Shown piece after piece: positions 13,901-35,805 of a stretch of DNA of 64,000 bases. A program made the translations under genes and the position numbers. The notes under the pieces were generated by a model, which was not told the DNA's origin, made no database searches, and was given only the letters and a program-made list of their open reading frames with translations. The DNA comes from Dimorphilus gyrociliatus (taxonomy: Eukaryota > Animalia > Annelida), in the NCBI GenBank assembly GCA_904063045.1, contig CAJFCJ010000006.1, forward strand, positions 1,121,771 to 1,185,770, read 5' to 3'. Each line of letters begins with the position of its first letter. Within the stretch, counting starts at the first letter, position 1.

Positions 13901-15493
13901 ACAATATAGTTTCAAAAATAGAAGCATTATGAACGTTTTAAATATCAAACTTTATACAGTTTTTTCGTATAGGAAAAACTGTTAAAAGTTTAAGCGATGT
14001 TATTGTTCAATTCATTTTCTATGTGATATTATTGGTTGTTTAAAAAAACAGAACAAAAAAAGGCAGTATAAGGTGGAGTTTATTCGTTTTTACCTAGCCA
14101 ATTTTTTCGTTTTAGCTGTACTGTATATATATTTATATATGTATATATATATATATTTATAATTTTACATGGATAGCGTCTTTATCATATTAACAAAGGC
14201 TTTGTTAATGCATTTTTACTAAAGAACTTACATTTCTATGTCTTTATCATCCAGAACACCCATCTGATTGAGTATCTTTTTAGCTTCGTCATCAACTTCC
14301 TTATCCCATGTTTTCTTTTGATCGATTAAACTATAAAAAAAGAAAAGGAAGAGAGACATATATATATATATATATTATTCTAGATAGTCCGTTATATTTT
14401 TGATAGACAAACCTCTTTAATTTGCATATTTTAAAGAAAACGTTAATTTCCGATGAACTTCTTATATCTTTTTGATATTTGGCGCTACTAAAGTCAACTA
14501 ACTGATGTCGTACCTAATAAAATAGAGTTCTTATTAGTTATTGAAAAAAAATTATGCATTTGCATATAAAAAACATACTAATAAAGCAAACAATTGCTTA
14601 TACATTGATGGAACGTTTTGTTTTACAAATGTTGACGCCACAGATGCCACAGCCGAAGCTTCTTGTTTGCTTCCGGCATCGAGATGGCATTCTATTAGAG
14701 TTCTTATCAAGGGAAAAAAATAACAACATAATAATGAGTGCTGTTTAAGTTGTCTTTGATAGATACTAACATCATTAGAGTTGCTTTCCACTCCTTATCA
14801 GGATCGTTGATTTCGTCCAATGCTTTTACTATTTGATGAAGAGATTTTGATAGGTATTTCTTCCAGACTGGCTTCAAAAATGGTCTACAAAATGACCAAT
14901 AAACCAAAGATGCGTTATAAATTAGAAAATGATATTTTTCTTTATCTCTAGCCATGTTAATTGCTTTTAAAATAAATCCTATTGCCTCTTCCAATTCGGC
15001 CTATAAAAAAGAAATGTAATAGCGGATATTGTAGTATCGGACAGATCAAAAATAGTTAACTTACCAATTGATTGGCGTTTGTTGGAGCAACGAGTTGAGC
15101 TTCAACCAGATAAGCTCTGCCTAGAAATTGATTTGATGGTGGGCTCTTACTTTTAAATAACTTTATGCATTCTTTGGCAATGTCTGGTCTATTATGCTGT
15201 TATTTTACAAAAAGATATAATAGCTATGATACATTTGATGATTTTTTTCTTTACATACACTAATAGCTTCTTCTGCGCAAACAACAAATAAATCAATGCC
15301 AAATGGTTGAGTTCCTTCTGTTACCGGTTTATTACCCGCGGTAATTAGTATATCAAATGCTTCTCTTAAAAATCCTTCTCCCTTTAGGCCTATTTACGAA
15401 AACTATTAACAAATCAGTAACAATTAAGACTAAAATATCTAAACCTGAAGCATTTTTTGAAGCGGTTAAAAGTGTCCTTATTCTGACATCCAT
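4546..15493 (-). CDS. CFAP46: Cilia- and flagella-associated protein 46 (TTC40), large multi-exon gene
   Basis: ATG at 15493 (MDVRIRTLL...). [85 protein letters not shown] and a C-terminal segment ending CYGAPNL match CFAP46. Accounts for most minus-strand ORFs from 4546 to 14994. Confidence 0.9.
7884..7917. repeat. (TA)n microsatellite in a CFAP46 intron
   Basis: Perfect TA run of about 17 units. Confidence 0.95.
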
Positions 15494-15576
15494 TTTGTTA
15501 AATTATTTAATTAATGACCATTAATTTATTTAAAGATTGAACAAATTATTTTCTACTATCACATGTAATCCCGCCA

Positions 15577-15583
15577 TGTTTAC
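15577..15583. promoter_or_regulatory. Forkhead-type site TGTTTAC upstream of CFAP46
   Basis: Exact FOX core 84 bp upstream of the CFAP46 ATG; motif match only. Confidence 0.3.
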
Positions 15584-15786
15584 GTTTTAGCCGTATCCTT
15601 GATAAAATATACTCTTAATAATATAGTCCTTGTCATTTCATATCATAATTCACTTTTTATCGACTTTATTCTTTAAAAAATGTAACCAACTCGTGAAAAA
15701 TTTACAATTAAATTAAATTCAAGTTCCATTCATAACTTTAGTGTAACTTTCGAGAAAATTACAACTGTATAATAAAGCGTATTACA

Positions 15787-15800
15787 GTTGCTATGGTTGT
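15787..15800. promoter_or_regulatory. RFX X-box-like element GTTGCTATGGTTGT upstream of CFAP46
   Basis: Contains the GTTGCTATGG (CCATAGCAAC) X-box core ~295 bp upstream of a ciliary gene. Confidence 0.5.
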
Positions 15801-16501
15801 TTTAGAACTATTTTTATAAACACCGTATACGACGACACCTAGTGTCTATTTTAATTACGAAACGAATATTAATTTGTATGAAAACAATATCACGTATAAA
15901 TTCTATTTAAGTAAGAATAAACAATTCTTAAGTGAAGAATTGTTTATCTTCTAAATGCTAGAATCATCTAATTCCAAAATTCTCTTCAAACGAAATACGA
16001 TAAACTATAAAAAGGTTGAATTTATTTTAGTTTGTTACTTATTTTTAAAATATCTACTTTTTCATCGTAAAAAAATAGATAAGCTTGTTACAAAACAACG
16101 TAAAGAATTTTGTTACAGAAAGGAAAAAAAACTAAGTCTATTAGTCAGAATGGAAGTTGAGTTATTCTCTACATTCCTCTGTTTATACTTATAAATTGTA
16201 TACAAACAATGTTAACTATCAGTCATTTAGATATCATCAGTAAAGGTATTGTTTAGAAAAGGGAGGAGAGGGAAAGGGGACGATGAGGAAACAGGCCAAT
16301 ATAATAATAAAAACATATATTCATAAAGTATAAAGTACATAGACAAAATTTGATGGAATTGGGGAAAAAATAGGGAAGAAGATTTTTTTATTTAATTATC
16401 CTTTGGCATATGAAAATCCTTATGATAAAATTTTACTATTAAATTTCTCTAAACAATTTTCTAGTACGTTCTTTTTTATCTTGGAATTTTTCTCCTTCTT
16501 G

Positions 16502-16529
16502 CTCTCTCTCTCTCTCTCTCTCTCTCTCT
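16502..16529. repeat. (CT)n microsatellite
   Basis: Perfect CT run of about 14 units in the CFAP46-sarcoglycan intergenic region. Confidence 0.95.
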
Positions 16530-17041
16530 TTATATAAATTTTATAAGGTCAAAGTTGCCTTCTCTTCTTTTCTTTTCTCTTTCGTTCTGTCAGTAAAGTT
16601 TATTTAGAAAAATTGTAGTAAATCTCATCTATTGAATGACATAAACAATCTTTTTTTATACAATTTATCATATAAATTAGCCAAATAGCAATATCTATTT
16701 ATTTATTTTAGTTTTATAAATGATGTAAAAAGCCTCTTTTCTCATTCATCAGCGTATTAATTACGTATTTAACGTGATTAACTATGATCTATATTATTTT
16801 TCTATTTTTTTAGAAGGCCTATTTAAAATAAGGTTTGTTTATTCTTCTCCTGTTAACCTAAATAAATATTTACGTGACTGACATCAACAGAGATTGGTTT
16901 GACTTAGGTCTGATAGGTTGTAGTTATTTATAGTTTATAGAACAGTTTGCAGAATTGCAGTGCGCTGTATAGAAGTGCGGCTGGGCCACACGCTGTTGGA
17001 TTAAGTAGTTATTGTAAAAGACAGAAATTCCTTTTAAAACA

Positions 17042-18146
17042 ATGGATAGTAGCGAGGAAAGTTTTCCATCTGTAAGTTCTCTTTTCAATAGATTTCAAAA
17101 GTACGCTGAAATTTAACACTCTGCACCACAGTGCCTCGATGAAAGCAGCCGAAGGGAAAGTGAATGGGAGAAGTCGTTAATGGTACCACCGAAAATTATT
17201 TATAGAATAGGAGTGTATGGATGGAGAAAGAGATGCCTATACTTCTCTATAGTCTTTCTATTGTGTCTTAGTTTGCTTAATTTTACCTTATTAATGTGGA
17301 TTGTTAGAGTTATGGAACTAACACCAGTTAGTAATGATACCTTATTTATCTCTCTTTATAACATTCCTTTTCTTTACAAACATCAGAGTGGAATCAGCAA
17401 TTTAAAGATATTTAATTGGGGTATAAAACTCGAAGGAGATTGCCTATTTGAAAAGAAACTGCAAACATCAAGAATAAAACCTTCAGATCCAAAGAAACCA
17501 TTAAAAATTGATTCTGCTAAGCAAGTTGTAATTATTTCAAGGAATGAGGATGGAGAAATACAAAATAAGCTTACAATCGGAGATGATTCCATTAGAGTAC
17601 AAGCAAAGAATTTCATTGTTGAAAATTTAAATAATAAAACTTTATACCAAGCTAATTCATCTGATGTTGTATTCGGTGCGGAATCTCTAGAAGTTACTGG
17701 TAAGTTAAGTGTATACTGTATATATATATATACAGCATACATAACTTATAAATGAATCACTGTTTAAAAGCCTCAATTTATTATATGTAGGAGATTTAGG
17801 GGCTGTTTTTAGAAAGGCTTTAAGAACGAGTAAGCTAACATCCGATGAAAACTTATCAATTAAATCCGATGGATTTACTCATTTAAATGCAAAAGAAAAT
17901 ATTAGAATACAGTCATCTGGCAAAATTCAAATTCGGGCCCAAGGAGATATCTCAATGATCTCAGGAAATCAAATTAATCTTCAAGCTAAAGAAGTGATAT
18001 TTAAAAATTTAACAATTAGTCCATTCTATCCATCCGGTAGGCCTAATGCTAAAGTCTTACAACTTTGTATGTGTGGTAATAATGGAAAATTGTTTCTGGC
18101 CCACGGTTCCGCAAAATGTCAGGCTTTCGAATCAACATGCTCATGA
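17042..18146 (+). CDS. Gamma/delta/zeta-type sarcoglycan
   Basis: ATG 17042, intron 17072-17131, then IYRIGVYGWRKRCLYF plus a TM helix (family hallmark) and a C-terminal Cys cluster LCMCGNNGKLFLAHGSAKCQAFESTCS*. Paralogue (SGCG/D/Z) cannot be assigned. Confidence 0.9.
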
Positions 18147-19262
18147 TCTTTCTTTCATTTTTTTCCCCTTTTCAACAATATATTTTATCATCTAATGTGA
18201 TTTTCTTTGATATTTTGAATATTATTTCGTGTCACATGACTTGTATTGTAATTTTCCTTCATTAAAATGTTTAAGTAAACTTTTAAAAAGGAATTTCCAA
18301 GCGGCTCAAAAATATATTATCCTTATTTTTCATTTCAATGAAAAAGTTTGTCAAAATAAAGTTTGTCTGGTATATATAAATGTATTTATTTATAGGGTAA
18401 CAGTTAGTTTTTTCTAGATACATCATTTTTCCAGATTTTTATGGTTTATAGACGTCTAATCTATATAGAATGCTATAAGATAAAATGCCTAAATACCGAA
18501 CAAATCTAGAAAATGATCTCTAGAAAACAATTTAGATATATTGCATATATAAATAATATATATCGTCTGTGTATGATACATAAACGTCTTTTCCTCTTTT
18601 GTCATATTTTTCTCTTATCTTTTCTTCTCTTTTTCTACCTTTATAGCTTCGTTTTCTCTTTTTCATTCATTTTCAAATTATTTCCTTAACGAAGAAAGAA
18701 AGAATTGAAATTAAAAGAAATGGCAAAATTCCATTTGAATTTATAACAAAAACGGAAAACTACTATAGGCATACAAGTTTGTTTATAAAGCATTAATTAG
18801 AATGGAACAAGCTGCATACACTTTTTTCAACTGTTTTTCTGTACTTTATGCAATAACATGAGAAAATCTTAATTATCTGCAGGAAACGTTGTTTAAAAGG
18901 TGAGGGAAGGATAAAAAAAGAGATAGAGAAATAGATTAAATATATAACGCTAGAGAGAGAGGAAGAGCATACGATGACAAGTTGATATATAAAAATAAGT
19001 GAGGAATTAGGGAGAAGAGAAGGAGAATTGAATGGAAACATTACAGTTTTATTTTCAACCTTTTTCTCTAACGATTATTATTAGTACTTGGTTAATATTT
19101 ATAACTAGTATAAAATTGAAATCAACGAGTAGAGGGCGACACTGTAGAAAGTATTGAAAATAGGCGTTTTTATAGAAAAATAATGTCAAAGTATTATTAA
19201 GGGCCTGAGTCAGGAATTAAGAGGAAGCAAATCTCTATACTATTTATAAACCATTTCTGAAA

Positions 19263-19778
19263 ATGAGGGAAGCGTATAATTATTCTGATAATTCGCGCTA
19301 TTTTGGGGAATGGAATGATGGTAAATACGATACAAAGATTTGTTGAATTCTTATTAATATAATAAAATTTTCTCTTTAAAAAACACCAACAAAAGAGGGT
19401 CAGAGACACGGAAAAGGAAGATTAGAGTTTTCAGATGGTTCCACTTACGATGGAGAATTTGAAAATGGTTTATTCTGCGGCTACGGTATATTAGAGATGA
19501 AAGATGAGTCTAGATATGAGGGTCAATTTTACAATGGTAAATTTCATGGTACGGGTATATTTCGACGAGCCGATGGGACTCAGTTTGAAGGACAGTTCAA
19601 AGAAGGAAAAGTATGGGGGTCCGGATTGATGACATTTGCAGACGGAAGTCATGGACTACCTCGAAATGAGGGCTACTTTGAAGGAACAATGCTGGTTAGG
19701 AGAGAAAAGTGTCTAGAAGTGTTGAAAAGAGCAAATGATAGCGCTGAAAAAGCTCTAAATATAGTAAACGACTTTTAA
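19263..19778 (+). CDS. MORN4: MORN repeat-containing protein 4 (retinophilin-like)
   Basis: Exon 1 MREAYNYSDNSRYFGEWND, exon 2 MORN repeats and GLMTFADGSHGLPRNEGYFEG..RREKC, the MORN4 signature. The true start could lie further upstream. Confidence 0.9.
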
Positions 19779-19885
19779 GATACAGAATATAAAGATCTAT
19801 CTTGTTGCCGTATAAAATTATGTATATAAACTGCGCATACATTTTTAATACAAAAGATTCAATGATGCTTCAAACAGCATCCTTT

Positions 19886-20176
19886 TTACATACTTGAAAA
19901 TCTTCTCTTTAGTATATCGTCTCTTTGCACAACTTTTCCTCGAAATGTACATATTTCAATGCACCCATAGCAATTAGTAAAAGGTGATATGCAAAGCTCA
20001 CAAAGCAGTAGGACATGATCCAAACTTAACTCCGACCAATCATACTTTTTTGTGGGCAGACCAGGTAAGTCCAAATAAATATAACTTTGTGAATTCAAAC
20101 TACACGATGAGGCTGAGCTCGCAACGTTGGTCTTAAAAAAGATGACAGCAAATATAATTAGGTAGATTTGTTTCAT
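19886..20176 (-). CDS. Intronless predicted secreted six-cysteine peptide (96 aa), unknown family
   Basis: ATG at 20176 (the ORF track starts at an upstream TTG). Signal-like MKQIYLIIFAVIFFKTNVAS, Cys pattern C-x33-C-x2-C-x6-C-x2-C-x3-C, KRR near the C-terminus. No homology recognised. Confidence 0.55.
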   Translation of the reverse strand: MKQIYLIIFAVIFFKTNVASSASSCSLNSQSYIYLDLPGLPTKKYDWSELSLDHVLLLCELCISPFTNCYGCIEICTFRGKVVQRDDILKRRFSSM

Positions 20177-20403
20177 ACTTTCCAACTTGAAATATATTTT
20201 TTATTTGCTTATTAACGTTGCTCGCAGAGATGCTAAAAGGTTACTATCAGAAATGTATCTGCCAACTGCTTATATGTAAAAACTAGCGCATTTGTCACGT
20301 GGCGAAAAGACATGCGTATATGAAGGGCGTTACTTTTATTTCAGTTGTATTATAAACTCGTGTATGCAAATTACACAACGGCGCAGCTTATCGAAATTTA
20401 ATA

Positions 20404-31296
<10,893 letters not shown>

Positions 31297-31411
31297 TTCG
31301 ACGTAAAAGAGACTACCACATTTTGCAGTTTTCTACAGAGATGCTCTGCCACCTTAGCCAGTCTATAATTTTTAATGCAGCGCGGGAAATCCCCACTGGT
31401 AACCAGACTAG

Positions 31412-31419
31412 TGACGTCA
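31412..31419. promoter_or_regulatory. Palindromic CRE (TGACGTCA) upstream of NALCN
   Basis: Exact CREB/ATF site ~115 bp upstream of the NALCN ATG; motif match only. Confidence 0.4.
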
Positions 31420-32342
31420 TTTCTCATTATGGATTTCCCCTTAATAGCCTGCAAACACTTACAGCGGCTATCGTGTTTGCCCTTGTATTTATGAAATGAC
31501 CATAACAAAGTAAAGTAAAGAAACCTGAGAGTGTTCAATATATTTCCTTTTATTCAGGGCAATTTTAATGAAAGCACTAATTGTCAAATAAAGAAATCAT
31601 AAATAAGCTATTTTCGTTATATTTTTAATAAATTAGAGTATGTTTAATAAATAATTTTGCCTAATGACTTTTTTGTTTAATCAAATAACATGCAAGACAT
31701 CCAAGACATGGAAACTTCCAATATCAATCTTTTTTCGTCCTTGATAAATTTCATCTCAATCCATATTCCTAGACTCAACAATTAACTTCCAACAATAAAA
31801 TTAAGGCCTATGAATGTTTCTTGCAAATGTAGTCCGGATACAATTACACATTCCCTTCCCTTTCCTTAATGATATATTCTTATTGCGACAACTCACTGAT
31901 TTTAATTATGTAGAATGCAAAGGCACGAATCTCAAAGTCATAAATAAAGAAAAACGTGATTCCTCCCTATCAGTCCTTCTACGTCGTCAATAGATTTCAT
32001 AAGGTCATTTATCAGAAGAGGAGCCTTCTTCCGCCTGTGAATTTTTATTAATATACTCTGAAAATCTCTTCAGTACGCTACAATATCTATGACCGAGTTT
32101 CTCAGGAGATGTCATGATCCGTAATTTAGATCAAATTCAAATTCCTGTATCGGTTCATATCGGCAGCGTTTCATCTTATATTATTTCAAATGACACAAAT
32201 TAAATAGATTATATTTTTACTTAAGTATCATCTCATTTTCTATTATGAACCGAATTGAAAGTAATTGGAAGAAAACAGATATTTGTATGCTCGCTACAGA
32301 AAAATCGTATATTTAAATATGCGAGAAAATAAAATACATAAA

Positions 32343-34180
32343 TTATTTTTCATTTTTCTGTCCACCCTTTTGTTGCTTCTTCGTTTTCTTTGTTTCTTCT
32401 TGATCAATGGGTGCCTCCTGAACAAAAGGAATTTTTGTCCTATACTTCTCAGGCATGAAAGGTTGTAATGGTTCTAAGATGGGAAGAAAAAAACAATTTA
32501 ACGTTTTATAACTACTTAATAGTCAATTTTACTCATTCGCAAACTAACCTGGAATATTAATGCCCTCTTCGTCTTGATGAGTTTCCAACACAGCACATAT
32601 TACTCTAGTGCAAGCACACAACGTAGCATTTAACATATGCACATATTCGGCGGCTTCATTCATTTTTTTAACTTGTCCATATCGAATTTTTAATCGTCTG
32701 GATTGATAATCAGTGCAATTAGAGCATGATACTAATTCACGATAAGCTGCAGATCCGGGGAACCAAGCTTCAACATCTAATTTCTTTGCAGCAGCATTAT
32801 TCAATGCTCCAGAGACGATATTAACGACACGGTAAGCAATTCCTAAGTAAGATGACATTAATTATAAGACAAGTGAATGTAACATTGTAACAAATAAAAG
32901 GTTACTTACCAAGAGACTGGCAGAATTCCTCGGCATTGGCGATCATTTCGTCAAACATTTCCCAAGATTTGTTAGGTGCAGTTATGCAAAATTGCTCAAT
33001 TTTTTCAAATTGATGAACTCTAAAAATTCCTCGAGTATCACGTCCTCTGGCACCAACCTCTTGTCTAAAGCAAGTAGAACTGCCTGCGTATTTTTTCGGC
33101 AATTCATTGATAGCCAACCATTCATCTCGATGATAAGCAGCTATGGGCTGCTCAGAGGTTGCAATCAAGTATTTGTCATCATCGTCTTCTGCATTGTCAG
33201 AAGCACCCCTTTTACCAGTAACTTTATATAACTCTTCGTCGAATTGAGAAAGTTGAGCTACTTGGGACATAACTTGTTTTTTCATAAAAAATGGAACATA
33301 AAGAGGTTCGAATCCCTTTCGCAAAAGTAATTGCATTCCATAAGAAGTGAGAGCCTGTTGAAGGAGAACTAACGGACCTTTCAAGTAAAAGCCTCTTCCT
33401 CCTGCAACAGCCGATCCCCTAAGGCCTTCGTACCTGAAAATAGAAATAAGCATTGCTCATGAAAACTGTTGCAAGCTAACTTATCGATTCAGTCGACAAA
33501 TGTTCAATGAAAATAGAAAACCTACCCTCCAACCATGGTTACAAGATCCATATGAGAGTATTTTTTCTTAGCTTCGCAATCTCCAAATGTACGCTCAACC
33601 TTATTGTTGTCTTCATCATTATCAATAGGGACAGATTCATGACGAAAGTTGCCGAGTTCTCTCAAAGAATTCGTTCTTTCTTTTTCGATTTCAGTAATTT
33701 CAGAACCTAATTTTGTTTGCCTGTCATCAATTGCCGCCTTTACTGCCTTTAGTTGAACAACTGTTAACTCTTTAGCCTTTTCCGCTGTTAAATTGCATAA
33801 ATCGTCCAAGATTTCTTTGCCTACCGTCGGGTCGTCTCCAACCGGCTCCTTTTTCTGATGAAACATCGGGAAATATTGCTTTAGCTGTTGACATTAGTGA
33901 AAAATCAAAACTTCTTACCTTCATTTTTTCACCAACAGCTTTGCTAACAGTATTCTTTGTTCTATTTAGGTTATCCTTTTCGAACATAACTTAAAAGGAA
34001 TAATATTAAATATTTTAAGAACGATAATATGAATTGTTGCTCACGTTTTCTCCATCTTTCATCAATATATATAATTTTGTCAACTAGTCCTTCATCTTTA
34101 AAACGCTCTCTTTGATTTTTACGAACCCTCTCAGGATCTCCACCTTTTTCCTTTCGAAGTAGTTCAATGTCCAATACCAT
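32343..34180 (-). CDS. SARS1: Cytosolic seryl-tRNA synthetase
   Basis: [17 protein letters not shown] start, [10 protein letters not shown], motif 2 [60 protein letters not shown]; final exon [15 protein letters not shown] ends at 32343. Confidence 0.97.
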
Positions 34181-34596
34181 TTTTATGTAACAATACTCCC
34201 AAAACAAAGAGAACCAAGTGAAGTTTTTAGGATTTAGTATCCACGAGTCAAACGGAAATAGAACATGGACTATGTGTTTTCGGAGTGCGATTCGAAAGTT
34301 GAGCGGCCGTAAAAATTTTGACTAATGCCCATATTTTAGGACATATAATATTTTCGGGCAATCGAAAGTGGGTCACGCAATATTCTATTCGTTTATTCGT
34401 TCTCTCACAAAGCAGGAAATCAAATAACTGTATTCGTTAATAATTAATTAGCTAGTACTTTTAAAACCGATCGTGTAATATTAAAAGTATTGGAATTAGA
34501 AAATATAACATTACTCATGTTATACATTGCTCAAATGTAAATTATTGTAATTTATTTAATATATAGTACGAATAAGGCATATAAAACTAGGGAATA

Positions 34597-35229
34597 ATGT
34601 CGTTTGTGACAGCTGATAGGTCTTCTTTGGAGACAAATCTGGTTAAATTAATCGAAGATCAGCTCGACACTTATTTGCTCTCTTTCGAGCGAATTGATGG
34701 ATTATTTATCCTCGCCGACAGAAGCAAACGACTGCGAACAATAACGTTCCACGTTGAAAAAGATTACAGCGAGCGATCAACCTCAAAACAAGCCGATAAT
34801 TTTATGAAATTACCAAAACAGTATTTAACTCATGTCAAAGATGCCTTAGTCGATAGAATCGACACGTTTTTTGCGTGTCTATTGAATGATCCCAGCTCAA
34901 GGATATATTTGACTTCATACATGTATATTCGCTTAAACAACTGTTCATCGGAATCCAGTAGTAGCGAAAACTGGATGGATCTTTTAATAAGAGAAGATAA
35001 CAGAAATATTGAGAAAATAAGCCTGCCTAAACCGGATAACTACGAGAACAAACTTGAAAATTCAAGCACTACTCAAGTTGAAGATGAAAATGTCACGAAA
35101 GAAGACGATAGTTACGATGATATAATAGTTTTAGAGGGGCCACCTAAAAAAACTGAAATGATTTATATCTGCGATGAAGAGAATCATCATACGAATGTTT
35201 ATAATTCATCAATTGAAAATGAATTTTAA
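34597..35229 (+). CDS. Intronless orphan protein (210 aa) with acidic C-terminus and two SIM-like motifs
   Basis: A long ORF in ~70% AT DNA, head-to-head with SARS1 (416 bp apart). C-terminal DDIIVLEGPPKKTEMIYICDEE. Confidence 0.65.
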   Translation: MSFVTADRSSLETNLVKLIEDQLDTYLLSFERIDGLFILADRSKRLRTITFHVEKDYSERSTSKQADNFMKLPKQYLTHVKDALVDRIDTFFACLLNDPSSRIYLTSYMYIRLNNCSSESSSSENWMDLLIREDNRNIEKISLPKPDNYENKLENSSTTQVEDENVTKEDDSYDDIIVLEGPPKKTEMIYICDEENHHTNVYNSSIENEF

Positions 35230-35727
35230 CACACAAGAAATCTTAATTTAAAAAAAATATATGAAAAAAAAAGAATGGGATGAGGAGAAGAAGAATAATA
35301 GGGAGAAGAAAAAGATGACGATGATGATGAAGATGAAGAAGGGAGGGACAAAAGGAAAAAGGAAAGTAAGGGATGGGGGGGCGGGTGGGGAATAAAAAAA
35401 TCTATTAAACCTTACTTTCAAAATCTTCTTAATAAAAGAGACAAAAATAGAAAAAAAATAAGAAGATTATTTCGTTTTTAAGTATCAAATACAATCTGGT
35501 TTTATTGAGAAATCGAGAGGATTTACTTTTAATATTATTAGTTTCTTTTATATATATATATATACATATGAGTGTGTGTGTGTTTATATTCATTGATTGG
35601 ATTTTTAGTTGATAATAAGAACAATATAAAGTTTAAAGAGATTTTAATTTCAATCTATGTCTATTATCTATTCACAATTTCTTTCTTTCTCTCTAATTTA
35701 ACCCTGGCACCATACTATAAGTTAGAA

Positions 35728-35735
35728 TGACGTCA
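35728..35735. promoter_or_regulatory. Palindromic CRE (TGACGTCA)
   Basis: Exact site ~70 bp upstream of the ATG at 35806; motif match only. Confidence 0.4.
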
Positions 35736-35805
35736 CGATTTTGTAGCGGATTATCCTTGGTAGCGTATAAACAAGTATAAGCATGATCATTTGGATAGCT
35801 TAAAA

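Noticed and set aside
16924-16933. MEF2-like TTATTTATAG upstream of the sarcoglycan gene
   Set aside because: Biologically plausible for a muscle gene, but such matches are too frequent at this AT content to support a call.
19886-20176. Assigning the six-Cys peptide to the insulin or CHH/ITP families
   Set aside because: No CC pair or B/A-chain layout, and the Cys spacing does not match CHH/ITP; left unassigned.
33305-33316. Perfect tRNA B-box/T-loop GGTTCGAATCCC with a weak A-box-like sequence ~45 bp upstream
   Set aside because: It is the antisense of SerRS codons (KGFEP); an intervening T6 run would terminate Pol III and no cloverleaf can be formed.
33859-33922. In-frame upstream acceptor in a SerRS intron that would add [10 protein letters not shown]
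   Set aside because: It requires a 34-nt intron; the 64-nt intron restores the conserved MK-KKEP junction.
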